DNA from: Candidatus Latescibacterota bacterium | Lineage (GTDB): Bacteria > Latescibacterota > UBA2968 > GCA-2709665 | Assembly (NCBI GenBank): GCA_965248435.1 | Contig: OZ252100.1 | Coordinates: 2,592,001 to 2,656,000, forward strand | Length of the DNA: 64,000 nucleotides | Direction of reading: 5' to 3' | Shown here: positions 39,819-48,326 of the stretch, in pieces | Layout of the letters: each line of letters starts with the position of its first letter | Position numbering within the stretch: the stretch's first letter is position 1 | Notes under the pieces: generated by a model | Told to the model about the DNA's origin: nothing | The model's input: only the letters and a program-made list of their open reading frames with translations | Database searches by the model: none | Position numbers and translations under genes: made by a program

Positions 39819-40471
39819 GACTGTTCCTTTTTTTCTAAGTCCTTTTCGTCAACTGTTTCCACCCGGTTGCCGCCTGCTTTCTTCGCCGAGTACAACACGC
39901 GATTGAGATGGTGAAAGACATCCTCGGCCGTAGCTCTGTCGTCCGCCCCTTCCTTCGCCCTGATAGAAGCCACCCCCGAGCTTACCGTAATCTGTTTCGT
40001 GCTGTCGCCGCAGGGGAAGAAGTGCGCCTTGACCCGGGCACGCAGCATATTCGCACGCCCCCGGACCGTGTCAAGATCCCCGGGATAGACGACAACTGAG
40101 AAGTGTGTCCCATCGACGTGGGCTACGCGGTCCTCCTCCCCAAGGAGTGATCTCAGCAGTTCGCCCAAGCCCTGAATCACCTGGTCCCCTGCCTCCCGCC
40201 CGTGTGTTTCGTTGATCTCCCCGAGTTCATCTGCGGAAAGAAGGACAATCCCTACCGGATCTCCATCCTTTGCAGAGCGCTTGAGGGTCTGGGGGAGCAT
40301 GGCGCGCATGAAAGAGATCTTGTTCGGCAGGCCTGTCAGCGAATCGGTACCCGCCATCCGGGCCCATCGCTTATTTTCATCTCTCAGACGCTCGACCTCT
40401 GCCTTGAGTTCTTCTTTTTCTGCTTCGAGCGCCCTGACTCGCTGTGGCAGGTCTTTATCACGCGCGGTCAT
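39815..40471 (-). CDS. Coiled-coil plus degenerate GGDEF-domain protein
   Basis: TDSLTGLPN, INETHG.EAGD, TVSSGVA, LYSAKKAGGNRV; A-site reads VDGTHF. Confidence 0.85.
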   Translation of the reverse strand: MTARDKDLPQRVRALEAEKEELKAEVERLRDENKRWARMAGTDSLTGLPNKISFMRAMLPQTLKRSAKDGDPVGIVLLSADELGEINETHGREAGDQVIQGLGELLRSLLGEEDRVAHVDGTHFSVVVYPGDLDTVRGRANMLRARVKAHFFPCGDSTKQITVSSGVASIRAKEGADDRATAEDVFHHLNRVLYSAKKAGGNRVETVDEKDLEKKEQS

Positions 40472-41100
40472 CGCGCGCTCGATGAGACTTCAAACTCGGG
40501 TTCGAGTCCCTGAACTGTTTGCGATCCGGGATCTTCAACTCGACGCAGCAATTCGTAAAGCATAATACCTCCCGCAACGGACACGTTCAGGGAATGTTTG
40601 GAACCCAGCATGGGAATCTCGACAACAGCGTCGCACGCCTCCAGAGTTTCGGGGTGAATGCCTTCTACCTCGTGACCCAGTACCGCGGCCACGGGCAGTT
40701 TGTAATCGAAAGAACGAAAGTCTTCACTCCCGCCGGTCTGCTCCAGGCCGACGACCTGGACGCCTCCCTCTTTGAGCAGTCTGATCGCGGTCAGCGAATC
40801 CTCCACATAGGTCCAGGGGACGGACTCCTCCGCCCCCAGCGCAACTCGCCGAATCTCCTTTCGAGGAGGACACCCCGTGAAACCGGTCAGAGTACAGCCC
40901 GAGGCACGCACCGCGTCCGCCGTTCTGAAGATTGCTCCAACATTGAACAGCGAACGTACATTTTCCAGCACGACGTAGATTGGAAGTCGACCTGGGTCTT
41001 GATTTTTCATCTTGTACGCATTCAATAACACAGCCACCCCGGTCACAACCTGAGGTGGCTCTGGAGAGGTTGGCAATTCTCCGGTCGGTTTGGGCACCAT
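40468..41100 (-). CDS. TrmH/SpoU family RNA methyltransferase
   Basis: LENVRSLFNVGAIFRTAD, GHEVEG, IPMLG.KHSLNVSVA; true start may be the internal MKNQD. Confidence 0.9.
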   Translation of the reverse strand: MVPKPTGELPTSPEPPQVVTGVAVLLNAYKMKNQDPGRLPIYVVLENVRSLFNVGAIFRTADAVRASGCTLTGFTGCPPRKEIRRVALGAEESVPWTYVEDSLTAIRLLKEGGVQVVGLEQTGGSEDFRSFDYKLPVAAVLGHEVEGIHPETLEACDAVVEIPMLGSKHSLNVSVAGGIMLYELLRRVEDPGSQTVQGLEPEFEVSSSAR

Positions 41101-41150
41101 TAGACGATCGGCGATCCGACCCGAAGAGATCCAGTACTAATGAAAGAGAA

Positions 41151-41378
41151 CTAGGCGGAGTCGGCCTCTGTTTCTTCAGGCAGGTCGACGGCCGTATTGT
41201 CCGAACCTGAATGTCCGTTGAACCTGCCGCGCGCACCCTGGAGCGCTGTCTCCAGATGCTCGACGGCGCGTTTGCCAAGTTCGGAAGCCAAGAGGCCACC
41301 CATAATCCCACCCACAACTGCCCCCACCACAAACCCGAACGAGAACGAGTCCTTAGTGCCGCGGCGCCTTCCGATCAT
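41151..41378 (-). CDS. Small single-pass membrane protein, YtxH-like
   Basis: FSFGFVVGAVVGGIMGGLLA...GK; AAGGAGG RBS. Confidence 0.7.
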   Translation of the reverse strand: MIGRRRGTKDSFSFGFVVGAVVGGIMGGLLASELGKRAVEHLETALQGARGRFNGHSGSDNTAVDLPEETEADSA

Positions 41379-41405
41379 CAGCCCGGCCTCCTTCGTTCGC
41401 GAAAA

Positions 41406-41732
41406 TCACTCATTTTTTTCCTCGCCATCCTTTAACCATCGCTTCAAAACCTTGGCCGCGATCTCCGCTTGTGAACCCTTCAATTCGAAGCGTTCCTTTT
41501 TTCGGTCGCTCGGCCTGGGATACTCCTCCATCGCGTCATCGAGCGCGATCTGGTCCTCCAGGTCACCGGCTTCGGTTCCTCCTCCACCCAAACCAAAAAA
41601 CCCACCACCACCACTGCCGCCGCCGCCATCAGCCGAACCAGAGCGCCTGGTCCAAATCGTGATACCGGCCAGAATGACGCCCAGGACGATAATGATCGCC
41701 AGGAGCATAGTTAATTGTTCGGAGAAACCCAT
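41406..41732 (-). CDS. Small single-pass membrane protein with Gly-rich linker and FliF-C-like tail
   Basis: N-terminal TM, GGGGSGGGG, AEIAAKVLKRWLKD. Confidence 0.7.
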   Translation of the reverse strand: MGFSEQLTMLLAIIIVLGVILAGITIWTRRSGSADGGGGSGGGGFFGLGGGGTEAGDLEDQIALDDAMEEYPRPSDRKKERFELKGSQAEIAAKVLKRWLKDGEEKNE

Positions 41733-41815
41733 AACACTCGATAATTTCGCCGATATCAGAGCTCAAGTCAAGCGGAAACAGGGAAACGAAATTCGGTCGG
41801 ATCAGTAAAAAAAGG

Positions 41816-41843
41816 TTGCACTTCCGCGGGTTTGAAATAGATT
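41816..41843 (+). promoter_or_regulatory. Putative sigma70 promoter
   Basis: A-tract, then TTGCAC-16 bp-TAGATT. Confidence 0.45.
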
Positions 41844-41892
41844 TTGACCTTCGGATCTATCGTTGATATTGTGGGCCAAGGAGACGAATTAG

Positions 41893-43113
41893 ATGAACCC
41901 ATCTCAAAATGCTGAAGAAATGGACAAGAAATACGTAGAGGATGCGCCCAGCACAGAGTTCGCCTCTCTACTTGAAGAGGTCCCCGAAAAAGAAGGCGTT
42001 CAGGAAGTTTCCGTCGGACAGCGTGTCTCCGGTAAGATACAGGAAATAGGAGATTCCTACGCATTCGTCGACTTCGGGTGGCGAAGCGAAGCCGTCATAA
42101 ACCTTGAGGACCTCCGAGACAAGAAGGGGGATCTCCAGTATGCTCCGGGCGATCCGATTGAGGCCTATGTAGCCTCCATCGAGGATGAAGTGCTGCTTTC
42201 CTTTTCGCTCCGTGCCTCGACCATAGACGAGGTCAGAACGGCCTTTGAAAACGGCCTTCCAGTGGACGGACGTGTAACAGGATTTAACACAGGTGGGTTG
42301 GTCGTAAATCTGGCGGGACGCAGGGCCTTCTGCCCGCTCTCACAGATCGAAGCCGGGGTTTCTGAAAAGCTTGAATCATACGCCGGAAAGACGTTCACCT
42401 TCAAGATTCTGGAATTTAGAAAGGGCGGCCGTGACATCGTCCTCTCAAGGCGGGCCCACCTGGAGCGCGAAGTCGCTAGACTCGCTCAGGAGCTCCGCTC
42501 GAAGCTCGAAAAAGGGAAGGAAATGGTCGGCAAGGTAACACGCGTCGAGCGGTTCGGCGCCTTTGTGGACCTTGGTGGGATAGAGGGACTCATCCACGTT
42601 TCCGAGCTTTCCCACGGTAGAGTGCAACATCCAGGAGACATCGTTTCGGAGGGCACGGAAGTGCAGGTCAAGATCATCGAACTAAAAGACCTGGGAAAGA
42701 AGAACGAACGTATCTCTCTCTCCATAAAGGCCCTGATGCCGGACCCGTGGGAAGAGGCGCTCGAGCGCCTTTCTGAGGGGGACGTAATCAGCGGCCGAAT
42801 CGTCTCGGTCAAAAAGTTCGGGGCCTTCGTCGAGGTATGTCCCGGTGTGGAGGGACTCCTCCACGTCTCCCAGCTGACGGGTGAATCCGGTTCCGGAAAG
42901 AAGGTTTCAGTAGGGCAGGAAGTTCAGGCAAGCATCTTGAAGATTGATCGCGGTCAAAAACGGATCTCCTTGTCCATGAAGGCCGCGCGTGAGGAGAAAG
43001 AAAAGGAGATCAACGCCGGGGAGGTGAAAGAGTTCCACAGCCGCCAGGAGGACGCCGACCAATCGGATGGCGGACCCATGGCCGATGCCTTAAGGCGCGC
43101 AGGACTCGCATAG
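41893..43113 (+). CDS. S1 RNA-binding repeat protein (short ribosomal protein S1-like, four S1 domains)
   Basis: AFCPLSQI, FGAFVDLGGIEGLIHVSEL, RISLSIK, FGAFVE..PGVEGLLHVSQL. Confidence 0.88.
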   Translation: MNPSQNAEEMDKKYVEDAPSTEFASLLEEVPEKEGVQEVSVGQRVSGKIQEIGDSYAFVDFGWRSEAVINLEDLRDKKGDLQYAPGDPIEAYVASIEDEVLLSFSLRASTIDEVRTAFENGLPVDGRVTGFNTGGLVVNLAGRRAFCPLSQIEAGVSEKLESYAGKTFTFKILEFRKGGRDIVLSRRAHLEREVARLAQELRSKLEKGKEMVGKVTRVERFGAFVDLGGIEGLIHVSELSHGRVQHPGDIVSEGTEVQVKIIELKDLGKKNERISLSIKALMPDPWEEALERLSEGDVISGRIVSVKKFGAFVEVCPGVEGLLHVSQLTGESGSGKKVSVGQEVQASILKIDRGQKRISLSMKAAREEKEKEINAGEVKEFHSRQEDADQSDGGPMADALRRAGLA

Positions 43114-43131
43114 GGAAACGATGAGGACACC

Positions 43132-43491
43132 TTGGGATCATCTCGGACTTTCGAAACGGACCTCGATGCCCTCAGACAAGAAGTTAAGGTCTATACGTTC
43201 AGACGCGGCGGCAGAGGGGGTCAGCACAGAAACAAAGTAGAAAGCGCCGTCAGGCTCGTCCACGAGCCATCTGGACTTGCGGCGGTGGCAGCGGAGCACC
43301 GCGTTCAGGGGAGAAATCTTCGGCTCGCCTATAAGCGCCTCCAACGAAAGCTCATCCTCAAAAACCACACAAAAAAACCCCGCATCTCGACGAAACCTTC
43401 CCGAACTGCAAAAACCAGGCGATTGGAACAGAAACGCCGCCAGGCCCAAAAAAAAACCTTGCGGCGTCGCATCCTCTCCACTCAGATTTAG
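43132..43491 (+). CDS. Release-factor-like peptidyl-tRNA hydrolase (ArfB-like)
   Basis: GGRGGQHRNK..SAVRL, basic tail KPRISTKPS...RRLEQKRR. Confidence 0.82.
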   Translation: MGSSRTFETDLDALRQEVKVYTFRRGGRGGQHRNKVESAVRLVHEPSGLAAVAAEHRVQGRNLRLAYKRLQRKLILKNHTKKPRISTKPSRTAKTRRLEQKRRQAQKKTLRRRILSTQI

Positions 43492-43518
43492 ACGGCGGCA
43501 GGTCTCTGTCCTGCCTTT

Positions 43519-43710
43519 CAATCCGCAATCCCCAATCCGCAATTTCTTGCGATTCCCGATACCCGTGTTTTGCTTTCCCCGGGGCGACGCGTGCGTCGCC
43601 CCTACACCGCCGATCTCCTATGATATCCGGTACCCGTTCTTTGCTCTGCGTCCTCCGCGCCTCTGCGGTGAGATTTTTCTTTTCGAACGACGAACAACGA
43701 ACCACGGAGT
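43519..43710. repeat. Mosaic of different REP-like motifs
   Basis: AATCCGC units, TACCCGTGTTTTG, GGGGCGACGCGTGCGTCGCCCCTAC, CTCTGCG units, CGAA(C/A) units. Confidence 0.55.
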
Positions 43711-43725
43711 TTTGAGATACGTGCC

Positions 43726-44649
43726 TCACAAGACCCCGGCCTCCTGCAGGGCGATCCGAATCTCCTCCTCCTCCTCCGGTGAGGGCGGGTTCATCGGTGC
43801 CCTGACCAGTCCGCCAGAACGGCCCTGCATACGCATCGCTGCCTTCACGCGTGCGGGCAGATTCGGTCCCCTCAGCGACATCCAGACCCACAAGAGCCGC
43901 TCGTGTAAATCCTGCGCCTCTGAGTGCCAGCCCTCCTGAACGGCCCCCCACAGATCCAGACAGACCCCCGGAACGGCAGTCAGAATGGCGGTAATGGCAC
44001 CCTTGGCCCCCAGACAGAAGGACGGATAAAGAAGGTCGTCCACGGAAGCCATAACGATCCCTCTGCCCAAAAGCCGAACCTGGAGCTCTGCCAATGCGTG
44101 CAGGTCGCCCGTGCCCTGTTTTACGCCCACCACTTCATCCACGTCCCACACGATCCGAGTCAACACCTCCGGTGAGGCATACGACCAGGGCACCCCATTG
44201 TTGATCAGAACCGGGAGTCCCACCTCGGACCCGATCGTGGAATAGTAGTCGTAGAACCCGGCCTCGTCGGGTGCAAAGAGATAATGGACGGGTGGGACCA
44301 GAAGCGCAGCGATACCCACGTCTCGCAGCATTCGGCCTCGAAGCACGGCCTGCCGGGTAGAATTGACGATGAGCCCGGCAATAACAGGCACACGGCCGTC
44401 GGCCTCCTGCACAGCGATTTCGGCCAGAGACCAGATCTCATCCGCGGTCAGCGTCTGCCCCTCTCCTGTGCTGTCCCCTACCGCGAGGCCGTGTAAGTCC
44501 GTGTCGATCAGATAGTGAACCTCTTCTCGAAAGGCGTCTGTGTCGACGGTCCCTCTCTCGGTAAAGGGTGTAGCCATCGGAGGAATGATCCCACTCAAGG
44601 ACAGGCTTGTGTCCTTCCACCTGGCTTGCTGCCTTCTTGGTTGAGCCAT
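43726..44649 (-). CDS. Dihydrodipicolinate synthase family protein
   Basis: GIIPPMATPF, GDSTGE, GRVPVIAG, GVKQ Schiff-base Lys. Confidence 0.88.
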   Translation of the reverse strand: MAQPRRQQARWKDTSLSLSGIIPPMATPFTERGTVDTDAFREEVHYLIDTDLHGLAVGDSTGEGQTLTADEIWSLAEIAVQEADGRVPVIAGLIVNSTRQAVLRGRMLRDVGIAALLVPPVHYLFAPDEAGFYDYYSTIGSEVGLPVLINNGVPWSYASPEVLTRIVWDVDEVVGVKQGTGDLHALAELQVRLLGRGIVMASVDDLLYPSFCLGAKGAITAILTAVPGVCLDLWGAVQEGWHSEAQDLHERLLWVWMSLRGPNLPARVKAAMRMQGRSGGLVRAPMNPPSPEEEEEIRIALQEAGVL

Positions 44650-44713
44650 TCTTTCGACCTCCTGGGACCTAGAGCCTTAGCGAGGACCGGTTCCGATTCC
44701 TGATGCGTTACCT

Positions 44714-45745
44714 TTATGCACCCCTTGACACGTCTGTTTGTTTAAAGTGATCGAACCCCGCTAACTCAAGTTCCCTTCGTCCATCCGCATCCTCCAGGTG
44801 TAGCTGATCCCTTCCTTCCTCTATCCGTCCGATTTGTGAGAGCGGAGGCGTTCCTGTCTTTTCTTCCAGCGAACGAACGCGCTCGACGCCTTCAGGCTTT
44901 ACCGTGAACAGAAGTTCGTAATCCTCCCCGCCTGATAGCGCCTTCGATAGAACGTCGGTTTCCGTTGCCTCACCGAAGGCTTCACACGCTGGAGACAACG
45001 GGATGTCATCCGACAGAATCACCGCCGCAACCTCGCTTTGGCTGCAGATATGTCGCAAGTCAGAGGCGACCCCATCCGAAAGATCGATCATCGCCGTGAC
45101 GACGCCCGATGCTGCGAGCCGCTGTCCGAGTTCCACCCTTGGCTGTGGGCGATGATGGCGTTTGAGCAAAGCGCTGCGGTGCTCCGACGGGATCTCGATA
45201 TCCAACCCCCGAACCAGTTCCAGCCCTGCGGCGGAATCGCCCAGTGTCCCGGATACGTAGATCAGATCCCCCGGTCTGGCCCCGGATCTGTAGCAAATCT
45301 GATCCTCGGGCATTTCTCCGATCAACATCAGGTTCAGCACGAGCGGCCCCGGACTGCGCGTTGTGTCACCTCCTGAAATGTTCACCTTGGACAGGCTGCC
45401 GTAGGCGTGCAGGCCGTCATAAATGCGTTCCACATAGCCGACATCGAAGTCGCCCGGAATCGCGACCGAAACGACAGCATCCCTCGGGGTCCCCCCCATG
45501 GCTGCGATATCCGAAAGGTTGACAGCCAGAAGTTTGTAACCGAGCCCCTCGGGTGCGGAGGCGCCAGTCAGAAAATGCACCTCCTCCACCATCAGGTCGG
45601 TCGTCACCAGCAGGGCCCTGCCCGTTCCCAAAGAGAATACGGCGCAGTCGTCCCCGATCCCACAAAGCACGCCCTCCTCGCGCACGATTCCGTGTTCCGA
45701 AATTCGTTCGATGAACCCGAATTCACCCAGTTCGCTGAATCTCAT
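44714..45745 (-). CDS. thiL: Thiamine-monophosphate kinase
   Basis: GEFGFI, GIGDDCA, VNLSDIAAMG, GGDTT, DLSDG, GGEDYEL. Confidence 0.95.
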   Translation of the reverse strand: MRFSELGEFGFIERISEHGIVREEGVLCGIGDDCAVFSLGTGRALLVTTDLMVEEVHFLTGASAPEGLGYKLLAVNLSDIAAMGGTPRDAVVSVAIPGDFDVGYVERIYDGLHAYGSLSKVNISGGDTTRSPGPLVLNLMLIGEMPEDQICYRSGARPGDLIYVSGTLGDSAAGLELVRGLDIEIPSEHRSALLKRHHRPQPRVELGQRLAASGVVTAMIDLSDGVASDLRHICSQSEVAAVILSDDIPLSPACEAFGEATETDVLSKALSGGEDYELLFTVKPEGVERVRSLEEKTGTPPLSQIGRIEEGRDQLHLEDADGRRELELAGFDHFKQTDVSRGA

Positions 45746-46515
45746 CAGCTCTTATCCCGCCCCCTTTGCCAGGCCACTACATCACGATAGCTGACGTCTC
45801 CCCCGAAAATATCCAATGCACTTCCGATCGTCAAATCCACCCGACCGTTTCCGAGGGCGTCCACGCGATCCAGGTCTTCGATCCCATTTGCACCCCCAGC
45901 GTAGGTCACAGAAAGTGGCGACCACGCGCTCAGGTTCTTTACAAGCGCGGTTTCGATCCCCAGCCTCTTGCCTTCCACGTCCACTCCGTGAACCAGGAAC
46001 TCGCTGCAGAAGTTCGCGAGCCACTCCAACGCCGCCCGGCCAACCTCCAGCTTCGTAAACCGCTGCCATCCCTCCGTCACCACCACGTAGATTTCACCTC
46101 GCTTGCGGCAGCTCAGATCAAGCACCAACCGATCACGACCCACCTCGGCTACCATTTTCCCCAGCCTCGCTTCGTCAACCTCTCCGTTCCGGAAGACGTA
46201 AGAGGTGACGACCACGTGACTCGCCCCGGCATCGAGGAACCGGCCGGCATTTACCGGCGTGATCTCTCCACCCACCTGCAGACCGCCCGGAAACGCCCGA
46301 AGCGCAGAGAGGGCCTCAGATTCATTCCCTGGCCCCAGCATAATCACGTGACCGCCCAGGAGGCCATCCTCCTGATACATACGTGCGTAGTCCGCTGCCG
46401 GGCGCTCCGTCTCGAAGTTGCGGTCAGGTCCGCTGTTTTCATCTCGACGCAGGCTGCCCCCCACGATCTGCGCGACGCGTCCATCCAGAAGATCGATACA
46501 AGGCCTGAACCTCAT
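45745..46515 (-). CDS. hisA: ProFAR isomerase, eukaryotic-like (His6-type) HisA
   Basis: MRFRPCID..G.V.QIVGG, GGHVIMLG, LVLDLSCR, EFLVHGVDVEG, TYAGG, DLTIGSALDIFGG. Confidence 0.9.
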   Translation of the reverse strand: MRFRPCIDLLDGRVAQIVGGSLRRDENSGPDRNFETERPAADYARMYQEDGLLGGHVIMLGPGNESEALSALRAFPGGLQVGGEITPVNAGRFLDAGASHVVVTSYVFRNGEVDEARLGKMVAEVGRDRLVLDLSCRKRGEIYVVVTEGWQRFTKLEVGRAALEWLANFCSEFLVHGVDVEGKRLGIETALVKNLSAWSPLSVTYAGGANGIEDLDRVDALGNGRVDLTIGSALDIFGGDVSYRDVVAWQRGRDKS

Positions 46516-46691
46516 CGGCTGCTCCAAGGGGTGGGCGTCCCAAAGCAGACGCAATATACAGTACATTCTGTCCGCATTCAAACAACCCGCGTGAGTACTT
46601 TGCCCTCGATCCTTCCGTGAGTGGATCGATGAAAAAAAACCAGAGGAAGGCCTCTGGCGACTCGTCACGCATCGCTTCTACGTGTTCGAAC

Positions 46692-48086
46692 TCACTTCGA
46701 TTCAGGGCCGAGGGGCTCAAGGTTTCCGAGCATCGTCGGCACAAGCTCGGCCACCGTCGGGTGAATATGGACCGCCCGCTGAATCACGGTGTAGGGCGCC
46801 CTTGCATACATCACGTCCAAAAGCAGGTGTACCACCTCATCTCCCCCGATGCCTAAAATTACGGCACCGAGGATCTCCTTGGTCTCCGCATCCACGTACA
46901 CCTTCATGAATCCATCCGTTTCGCTCCGCTCCCGGGCTCGTCCCACCCTCTTCATCAGCATTTTTCCGACCAGTACAGGACGGCCCGAGGCCCGCACCTC
47001 CTGCTCCGTCATTCCTACCCTTCCGAGCGGAGGATCGATAAAAAGACCGTAGCACGGAATCCGGTCGCTCACCCTGCGGGAATCCCCATCGAAAAGGTTG
47101 TCCGCGATGATCTCATAGTCATTGTAAGAGGTATGGGTAAACGCGCCTCGCCCGTTACAGTCCCCCATCGCCCAGATTCCTGCTACATTCGTTCTCAGCT
47201 CATCGTCTACCCGAATGAATTCGCGATCGTCCACCTCCACGCCGGCGTTGCCCAAACCCAGGTCGCCCGTGTTGGGACGTCGACCCACAGCGATCAACAG
47301 ATGAGACCCCTTCACCTGAAACTGCCCCGCTTCCCCCTTCATGTGGACCACGATCTCCTCACCCTGTTTCTCAACCCGCTCGATCTCTGCGTTAAACAGG
47401 ATTCCGATCCCCTCCTTCTCGAGAATCTCACGAATCGCCTCCGAGACATCTCCATCCTCTCGTGAAATGATTCGGGGCCCCCGTTCGATCACCGTCACTT
47501 TGCTCCCGAACCGTCTGTATATCTGCCCGAACTCGAGTCCGATGTAACTCCCACCGACAATCATGAGATGATCGGGTAGAAAATCCACTTCCATCATACC
47601 GGAGTTGGTGAGGTAGTCTACCTCTGCAAGGCCCGGAATCTCCGGCACAAAGGCGCGTGCCCCCACATTCACGAAGATCCGGTCTGCCTCCAACACGTCC
47701 TCTCCCACCTGAACTCTGCTGGAATCCACGAAGCGGCCGTGTCCTCGGTATATCCGAACATTCTCCAGACCCTCCATCCAGCTCGTCACGCCTCGGTTCG
47801 AAGATCCGGAAATTTCATCCTTGCGGGCCTTTACCCGCTTCATATCCACCTTCACGGGCCCGTCCAAGATGACCCCGAAGTCCTCGGCCCGCCTCGCCAC
47901 GTGAGCGGCACGGGCGCTCGCGACCAGCGTTTTGGTCGGGATACAGCCCACGTTTACACAGGTACCTCCAAACAGATGCCGCTCGATCACGGCCACCTTC
48001 AGACCCTCTTGATCGAATCGATCGGCCAGTGCCGGGCCGGATTGTCCGGTGCCGATCACAATCGCATCGTATCGAGTCGCCATCAA
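46692..48086 (-). CDS. Pyridine nucleotide-disulfide oxidoreductase (mercuric reductase/Lpd-like family)
   Basis: GTGQSG, GGTCVNVGCIPTK, GGSYIGLE, HIHPT..E. Confidence 0.9.
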   Translation of the reverse strand: MMATRYDAIVIGTGQSGPALADRFDQEGLKVAVIERHLFGGTCVNVGCIPTKTLVASARAAHVARRAEDFGVILDGPVKVDMKRVKARKDEISGSSNRGVTSWMEGLENVRIYRGHGRFVDSSRVQVGEDVLEADRIFVNVGARAFVPEIPGLAEVDYLTNSGMMEVDFLPDHLMIVGGSYIGLEFGQIYRRFGSKVTVIERGPRIISREDGDVSEAIREILEKEGIGILFNAEIERVEKQGEEIVVHMKGEAGQFQVKGSHLLIAVGRRPNTGDLGLGNAGVEVDDREFIRVDDELRTNVAGIWAMGDCNGRGAFTHTSYNDYEIIADNLFDGDSRRVSDRIPCYGLFIDPPLGRVGMTEQEVRASGRPVLVGKMLMKRVGRARERSETDGFMKVYVDAETKEILGAVILGIGGDEVVHLLLDVMYARAPYTVIQRAVHIHPTVAELVPTMLGNLEPLGPESK

Positions 48087-48207
48087 AACCCTCCGATCGG
48101 ATTGCTGTCTTTACCCTCGTTCGGCTACGTGGTTATGATGGTGAGTCTCTCGTGCCCTGTCAACAGAAACCCTTTGACCGCTCAGCGACATTCGAGAGCG
48201 ATTTCGG

Positions 48208-48237
48208 TTGACACAGCCAAATCCGGACCGCTATGTT
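48208..48237 (+). promoter_or_regulatory. Putative sigma70 promoter
   Basis: TTGACA-18 bp-TATGTT. Confidence 0.5.
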
Positions 48238-48326
48238 ACATCGATTATGTAGCGGATATTACGATCTTATTCTGCGAAAATTCTGAGGATTTGGCCCCGA
48301 TACGAGAGCCGGGAGGACATCGATTC

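Noticed and set aside
41893-43113. Assigning the symbol rpsA
   Set aside because: Only four S1 domains and no cmk context; could be a paralog.
43726-44649. Assigning the symbol dapA
   Set aside because: GDSTGE and INN replace the DapA GTTGE and LYN motifs; family-level call only.
46516-46690. TPP riboswitch or his leader upstream of hisA-thiL
   Set aside because: No CTGAGA-type TPP core and no His-codon-rich leader seen.
46692-48086. Calling the oxidoreductase merA or lpdA
   Set aside because: No C-terminal Cys-Cys pair or mer genes, and no 2-oxoacid dehydrogenase context.
47739-48326. N-terminal extension of the aminopeptidase in the ORF track
   Set aside because: Overlaps the opposite-strand oxidoreductase; RBS and family start point to GTG 48327.
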